From the NCBI GenBank assembly GCA_051532055.1, contig JAOPTX010000036.1, positions 36,092 to 100,091 on the forward strand: DNA of 64,000 nucleotides, given 5' to 3'. The DNA comes from Fibrobacterales bacterium (lineage in GTDB: Bacteria; Fibrobacterota; Fibrobacteria; Fibrobacterales; JAOPTW01). This document shows, one piece after another, positions 58,879-64,000 of the stretch (the stretch's first letter is position 1; every line of letters begins with the position of its first letter). The position numbers and the translations under genes are program-made. Below the pieces are notes generated by a model. It was given only the letters and a program-made list of their open reading frames with translations, had not been told where the DNA came from and did no database searches.

Positions 58879-61206
58879 TTATTGAAAGGTGATGATGTAG
58901 ACACGTGATTCTGCTATACCGCGTAAGTTGGGAGTATGTGCTGAGGTTGTACGGATATGGGTGCCATTTAAATTTAAGAGAGTCAGAGTTGTTGCTCCTG
59001 GAGGGACAATGATTTCTTGGTGTAATTGTGAGCCGTTGAACAGTGTTGCAGCATAGGCTGGTGTGTTCTTCTTATAGGTAAGAGCAGCGGTTTCTTCTGG
59101 TGGAGCTGGGTATACGATTACTGATGATGAGCTGATTTCTTTTTCAGAATTTTCGTCGTACAGAGCGCTTGATGATGAGAGGTTGAGTTCTGATGAGTAC
59201 TCATCGGTGTAGGATGAAGGCATTGTGTTGTCGGGTGTAGTTGATGAGCTCAATTGAGGTGGTGGTGGAAAGAACGGAATGAACCCTCCGATTGTTTCGT
59301 CAGGAATAATGGTCGTTTCTTCATCAATAAAGCCAGACTCAATTGAAGAGCGGCTTGATAAAGTATGACTTGACATTGGTATTAGGTGAGCGCTACTTGA
59401 TACCGGTGTTTCAATAGAGCTACTCGATACGATTTCACTTGATACTGGTGTTTCAACAGAGCTGCTTGATGTGATTTCACTTGATGCCGGTGTTTCAATA
59501 GAGCTGCTCGATACGATTTCACTTGATACCGGTGTTTCAATAGAGCTACTCGATACGATTTCACTTGATACTGGTGTTTCAACAGAGCTGCTTGATGTGA
59601 TTTCACTTGATGCCGGTGTTTCAATAGAGCTACTCGATACGATTTCACTTGATACCGGTGTTTCAATAGAGCTACTCGATACGATTTCACTTGATACCGG
59701 TGTTTCAACAGAGCTGCTTGATGTGATTTCACTTGATACCGGTGTTTCAACAGAGCTGCTTGATGTGATTTCACTTGATGCCGGTGTTTCAATAGAGCTG
59801 CTCGATACGATTTCACTTGATACCGGTGTTTCAACAGAGCTACTCGATACCCTAGCACTTGATACCGGTGTTTCAACAGAGCTACTCGATACCCTAGCAC
59901 TTGATACAGGTGTTTCAACGGAACTACTCGATATGATTACACTAGATGATGAGGCTTCAATAGAACTGCTTTCTATAATAGAGCTTGAAGAGCTGGGTTG
60001 AGTGCATTCGTCAGAGTTGAGTCCACCATTGTACTGGAGTGTCCATGAATAGGTGAGTCCCCATCGATATGATTTTTTCATGGCCTGTGTGGTATCTACT
60101 GCTTTCATGCGGAGTGTGTTGGTTCCAGTAGACAATTGATTGACGCAGATTGAAATTGCCTCAGCTTGCTCATTACTTATGATTGTGTTGTTGAGGGTCC
60201 AGGTAACTTTCATAGTGTTAGGTTGTGGTGTTTTAACATTTCCACTAAATACGGTTGAAGGAGTGGTGATGGGGATAGTTCCGCGAGCGGGAGAAAAATC
60301 ATCAATCAAATTAAAGGCAAGCATATGAAAACGACCAATAAGCGCTGCTTGGGTAGGTGGGCAAAAAACTTCACTCAGTGCAGTATTCATATAGTCTGTT
60401 TTACAGGGTTTATAGAATTTTTTATAAAGCATCCCCATTTCTTCGTACATGCCAACGGTATCTTGTCCGTTATTATAGGTGGTGCCGATCCAAGAGTACC
60501 ATGGCGCTTGTACTTCTGTTGCGTTGGCAGTCGAATTACCAGACTCATATACACGGGCAAGCATGTAGGTGTCGGTGAGTGCTCCTAAGGAGTGTCCGAG
60601 TTCATGAACCACAACATTAGGATACGATATTCCGGTTGTTTGAAAGGTAATATTGCCATCGGTAAAACCAAATGCTCGCTCTTGATAGTTCGATATCACG
60701 ATGATTCCTTTTGCTTGACCCCCATATTGAGTAATGGTGTTGTCAAAGGTAGTGCGTTTTCCGGCACTCATTCCTTGAAACCCAGATTCATAGATGCCAT
60801 AGAAGGAATCAAAACTAGAATCGTCCTGATCTCCTATGCCACTTGAGTTTGATTCGGTTGAAATGACGATCACATTGTAAAAGTCTTTATATTCTTTAAA
60901 GGGGCTTGTGGAAAAAATTTTGTCAAAGGCTTGGCGTGCTTCACCACAGTCGGAGCTTTCACTGAGGTCCGTGCAGGGAGTGTGAATGTCTTTTGTCCAT
61001 TGTTCTAGTTCACTTGCAGTGTAGCCATCATTAGTAATAACCAATTGTATATGGGTCATGGGGTCGCCATTCCAGAGGAGAGTATCGACTTGGGTGATGC
61101 GGTTTTCTGCAAAAATAAACGATGCAGAAAATAGGATACAGAATGTGATAGTGAGAAGAATGGGTCTATTGTGTCGGTTTTTTTCCGATAAAGTGTACGT
61201 AAACAT
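58879..61206 (-). CDS. Secreted M64-like metallopeptidase with a long Ser/Thr/Pro repeat linker
   Basis: HELGH.....TD motif. The N-terminus is near-identical to the neighbour (QVDTLLW.GDP.THIQLVITNDGYT). ATG 61206 follows GAGG. Confidence 0.8.
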   Translation of the reverse strand: MFTYTLSEKNRHNRPILLTITFCILFSASFIFAENRITQVDTLLWNGDPMTHIQLVITNDGYTASELEQWTKDIHTPCTDLSESSDCGEARQAFDKIFSTSPFKEYKDFYNVIVISTESNSSGIGDQDDSSFDSFYGIYESGFQGMSAGKRTTFDNTITQYGGQAKGIIVISNYQERAFGFTDGNITFQTTGISYPNVVVHELGHSLGALTDTYMLARVYESGNSTANATEVQAPWYSWIGTTYNNGQDTVGMYEEMGMLYKKFYKPCKTDYMNTALSEVFCPPTQAALIGRFHMLAFNLIDDFSPARGTIPITTPSTVFSGNVKTPQPNTMKVTWTLNNTIISNEQAEAISICVNQLSTGTNTLRMKAVDTTQAMKKSYRWGLTYSWTLQYNGGLNSDECTQPSSSSSIIESSSIEASSSSVIISSSSVETPVSSARVSSSSVETPVSSARVSSSSVETPVSSEIVSSSSIETPASSEITSSSSVETPVSSEITSSSSVETPVSSEIVSSSSIETPVSSEIVSSSSIETPASSEITSSSSVETPVSSEIVSSSSIETPVSSEIVSSSSIETPASSEITSSSSVETPVSSEIVSSSSIETPVSSSAHLIPMSSHTLSSRSSIESGFIDEETTIIPDETIGGFIPFFPPPPQLSSSTTPDNTMPSSYTDEYSSELNLSSSSALYDENSEKEISSSSVIVYPAPPEETAALTYKKNTPAYAATLFNGSQLHQEIIVPPGATTLTLLNLNGTHIRTTSAHTPNLRGIAESRVYIITFQ
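59395..59932 (-). repeat. Intragenic tandem repeat, 13 x 42 bp
   Basis: Unit ACTTGATACCGGTGTTTCAA(C/T)AGAGCT(A/G)CT(C/T)GAT... encoding SSSS(V/I)ETP(V/A)SS(EI/AR)(V/T). Confidence 0.95.
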
Positions 61207-61823
61207 GCTTAATACCTCTCTAATGTAAAGCGTAAGTTTACATATAGTATACCCAAAGTGTACTATATACACAAGTATTATCAATAAAGTATTAAATTTT
61301 TATGAACTAATTATACAGTAATTGTCTATAAGGATATAAGTTTAAATAACTTATAGTTTTCTCTTATATATATATAATATATTTATTATATATATATTAA
61401 CAATATTGCCTACTATTGTATGTGTTAGGAGTCTTTTTTTTAATAGTCGGACAGGTGTTTAGTTTTGCTTTTTGAGCTTACCGTAAATATTAGGTGCTTC
61501 CCTGTGTACAGAATGAAGGCGGCTGTGTGAAAAAATAACGGAATTCAGGTAGGTGATTGTGTGGTAAAACTTAAATCAAATAATTAGTGTTGGTCTACGT
61601 TGAAATTCGATAAAAAGGTAGGGTTAAAGTGACACTTACTTCGTGTTTTATAAAATTTCAGTGTAACTTTTTGATTACAATTAGAAGCGGATTATGGAGA
61701 TACTTAGTAGGTGTTTTGAATGCCCTCCTCTCCAGCCCTTATTTGTTGGTGTGTAGAGGCGAGTGTGATGGCTGTCATATCTTTGCAATGTTGTAATATG
61801 GTCTTTGTAAACAAAAAGTGGCG

Positions 61824-61853
61824 TTGACAGGTATCCACCAATTCCTACCTTTG
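61824..61853 (+). promoter_or_regulatory. Candidate strong promoter of the LruC-domain gene
   Basis: TTGACA (61824), 16 bp spacer, then TACCTTTG (61846). Confidence 0.5.
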
Positions 61854-61897
61854 GTGAAAAGAGTTCAACAATTAATAACAACAAACCAAGAGGAAAT

Positions 61898-63892
61898 ATG
61901 ACACCTTTTAAAACAACAATCGCTACAGCACTTGCTGCACTTGCGCTTGTAGGCCTCAATGCCTGCGACACAAGTACTCCACTTGCTGATTCACAGGTTG
62001 AAACTGAGTCAACACTCGCTTTCACTGATATTAAAGCACCTAAAGACTTCGCGTTTAGCGTATATAACGAAATTGGTCTTACAGTAAAACTAAGTATCAC
62101 TACTGATGCTGGTATTGAAGTATACCCTAATGCAAAAGTCAACTTTGTTGAAGCTGACGGAGATGCAATCAACGTATTGGCTTCTTTCGTAACTGATGCA
62201 AACGGTGAAGTACTGTATGATGGCGCTAACCTTTCTTCACTTACTGAACGTGTTGGTGTTCAAGTATACGCTGCTGGTATTCCAGAAACAATCCTTTGGT
62301 ATACAAAAGCAGAACTTACTACACTTGACCGTATTCTTATCGTAAACCCTGATTCATATGGAACTTCTGAAGCAGGAAGCACAGTTGCTGCTAAAGCTGC
62401 AACTGTATCATATATTGATCCAACTACAGGAACTACTATTGCTCATGAGAATCACCCAAGTGTTGATTATCAACTCGTTTCTACAAGTTTATTTGTAGAA
62501 AGATCACAGCTTGTAATTGACCCAGCATGGTTAGGTTCTACTGAAATCACAATTACTGCACTTACTGATCCTTCTTTCAAAGACGAAATCTGGGCGCATT
62601 TTATGCACACTGGCGCGGGATACAACAATGCTTTTGGGTACTACTGGTATAAAAAGTCAGAAAATCCAACTGGCGCACTTGCTCTAGTTAACAAGGTTTC
62701 TCTTTTTGATGAAATCAGTGGTTTTTACGGTATCAAATGGAGTGCTCCAAAAGCACTAGTTGGTACAGTAACAGATTTTAAAACTCGTCTTGCTGATGCA
62801 AACGATGAAATCGTAATCGGTTTTTGGTTACATTCAGATTATGAGCAAGGTAATAAACCTGGTAACCCAATCTGGTACTCAAACACTCAATATAATGTAG
62901 ATGAACATGGCGCTGCACAAGAATTTCACCACGTATCATTCCCATCACTTTCTGATCCATCTGAAGTGGTACTCGGTATCGAAGACCAAACACTTCCTAA
63001 CTCAGACAGAGATTTCAATGACCTCGTGTTTATTGTAGACCTTCTTAGAGATGTACAGTCTGGTTGTGAAATTGATCCTACTACATGTATCAGATGTCAA
63101 GATCTACCATACAACAAAGAATCACGTCTTGCTTTCGAAGATAAATATCCTATCTATGGCGACTTCGATTATAATGATGTTGTTGTTGATGTTGATTACA
63201 CTGTAACTACTCGTCAGTGTAACATCGAAGTTGGCGGACAAATTTTCCCAATCATCGATGCTGCTTACGGTCTTGCATATGCTCCACAACTCGTTTCTGC
63301 ATCTATCGATGTAACTCCTGTTGCAAATGGTGCTGAGTATGCGCTTGGTTTTGGTATTGCTCTTGATATTGCTGGTGCAACCACTACTGTTGATAACGCT
63401 GCTTCATCAGTAATCGTTAACGGTTCTGAAACAATTATTGAATTCTTTGATTTTATCAGAGGTGAGTTCTCACCTGTTGCTTCAACTATCTTTGTTAACA
63501 CTCTTGCTTCTGAGCCTGGTTTTCCATACTCTCCAGTAGCAACATTTGGTGCAGATATCGCATTTGCAGTAGGAACTCCAATTCCTGCAGCTCCACTTGC
63601 TTCTGTTAACCCATTCATCTTCAAACAAGGTGATGTTTCTGATGAGATCCACTTCAAAGGTCAGCCAATGACTTCACGTGGTGTTGCGCAGAATCTTGTT
63701 GGTACACCTGCTGAAGGTCACCCATACGAAGATAACAACGGAATCCCATGGGCTGTTGAGCTTGCTCAAACTACTCAATATCCACTAGAAAAAGTTGACT
63801 TCACTGTTGCGTATCCACAATACTCAGCATGGGTTCAAACTGGTGTTCCAGCTAACTGGGCAACTACTGGTGTAGCTTCAGAACTTTACTAA
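61898..63892 (+). CDS. LruC-domain (DUF4842) lipoprotein with a central DUF4114-like domain
   Basis: Lipobox LNA-C, GAGY.N.FGYY, GIED.....DRDFNDLVF, AFED.YP..GDFDYNDVV, NPFI, EIH, PWA and P.EK.DF..AYP. Confidence 0.88.
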   Translation: MTPFKTTIATALAALALVGLNACDTSTPLADSQVETESTLAFTDIKAPKDFAFSVYNEIGLTVKLSITTDAGIEVYPNAKVNFVEADGDAINVLASFVTDANGEVLYDGANLSSLTERVGVQVYAAGIPETILWYTKAELTTLDRILIVNPDSYGTSEAGSTVAAKAATVSYIDPTTGTTIAHENHPSVDYQLVSTSLFVERSQLVIDPAWLGSTEITITALTDPSFKDEIWAHFMHTGAGYNNAFGYYWYKKSENPTGALALVNKVSLFDEISGFYGIKWSAPKALVGTVTDFKTRLADANDEIVIGFWLHSDYEQGNKPGNPIWYSNTQYNVDEHGAAQEFHHVSFPSLSDPSEVVLGIEDQTLPNSDRDFNDLVFIVDLLRDVQSGCEIDPTTCIRCQDLPYNKESRLAFEDKYPIYGDFDYNDVVVDVDYTVTTRQCNIEVGGQIFPIIDAAYGLAYAPQLVSASIDVTPVANGAEYALGFGIALDIAGATTTVDNAASSVIVNGSETIIEFFDFIRGEFSPVASTIFVNTLASEPGFPYSPVATFGADIAFAVGTPIPAAPLASVNPFIFKQGDVSDEIHFKGQPMTSRGVAQNLVGTPAEGHPYEDNNGIPWAVELAQTTQYPLEKVDFTVAYPQYSAWVQTGVPANWATTGVASELY

Positions 63893-63921
63893 TAATTAGT
63901 TAAGTCTAAAGCTTTTAGTTT

Positions 63922-63952
63922 AAAAGGCCTCCGTATTGCGGAGGCCTTTTTT
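63922..63952 (+). terminator. Intrinsic terminator
   Basis: AAAAGGCCTCCG-TATTG-CGGAGGCCTTTTTT. Confidence 0.93.
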
Positions 63953-64000
63953 GTTTATCTGAATGGATTTAATTCCAGAATAAGAAAAGGGCCTTACAAT

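Noticed and set aside
59395..59932. Possible CRISPR array
   Set aside because: Units are contiguous with no unique spacers and are in frame within a CDS; no cas genes are present.
59382..60001. Long alternative-frame ORFs (59382-59918 minus, 59471-60001 plus)
   Set aside because: By-products of the stop-free 42-bp repeat inside the peptidase gene.
61210..61897. Possible replication origin
   Set aside because: AT-rich, but I found only one good DnaA-box match, no box cluster and no origin-linked genes.
61681..62172. 163-aa minus-strand ORF and other short antisense ORFs in the track
   Set aside because: They overlap well-supported genes on the opposite strand and have no recognisable motifs.

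Overview
AT-rich bacterial chromosomal window, most likely Fibrobacterota. That call is an inference from a TIGR02147-type gene followed by lipoprotein genes, Ser-rich linkers, short C-terminal secretion-like tails and TAnnTTT(G/A) promoter-like motifs. The window is dominated by cell-surface glycan genes. (1) 1-13.9 kb: a glycan-tailoring locus with an ATP-grasp remnant, GH57, radical SAM, acetyl- and methyltransferases, an epimerase, a very large multi-module glycosyltransferase and glf. (2) 14.2-20.2 kb: TIGR02147, two lipoproteins sharing a C-terminal domain, and a YheT-like hydrolase. (3) 20.4-36.4 kb: a Wzy-dependent capsule/EPS locus (wza-wzb-wzc-wzx, eight glycosyltransferases, an acyltransferase, an EpsG-like polymerase). 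(4) 36.4-56.8 kb: a mosaic of acyltransferases, GT-C-type membrane proteins, a CotH kinase, two paralogous beta-helix proteins, a phosphoethanolamine transferase, an AAA/DUF4143 ATPase and a nucleotide-sugar epimerase. (5) 56.8-64 kb: two paralogous M64-like metallopeptidases, one with 13 x 42-bp repeats, and an LruC-domain lipoprotein. The most notable unexplained structure is a 163-bp multi-hairpin element present twice in direct orientation (52616-52778, 55406-55568) with structure-preserving substitutions. Each copy is followed by a one-sided T-depleted tract, and the pair flanks a two-gene cassette. A four-unit array with exact 32-bp periodicity lies upstream of the adjacent ATPase gene. 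No rRNA, tRNA, CRISPR array, transposase, integrase or reverse transcriptase was recognised. All family calls come from motif recognition by eye, not from database searches.
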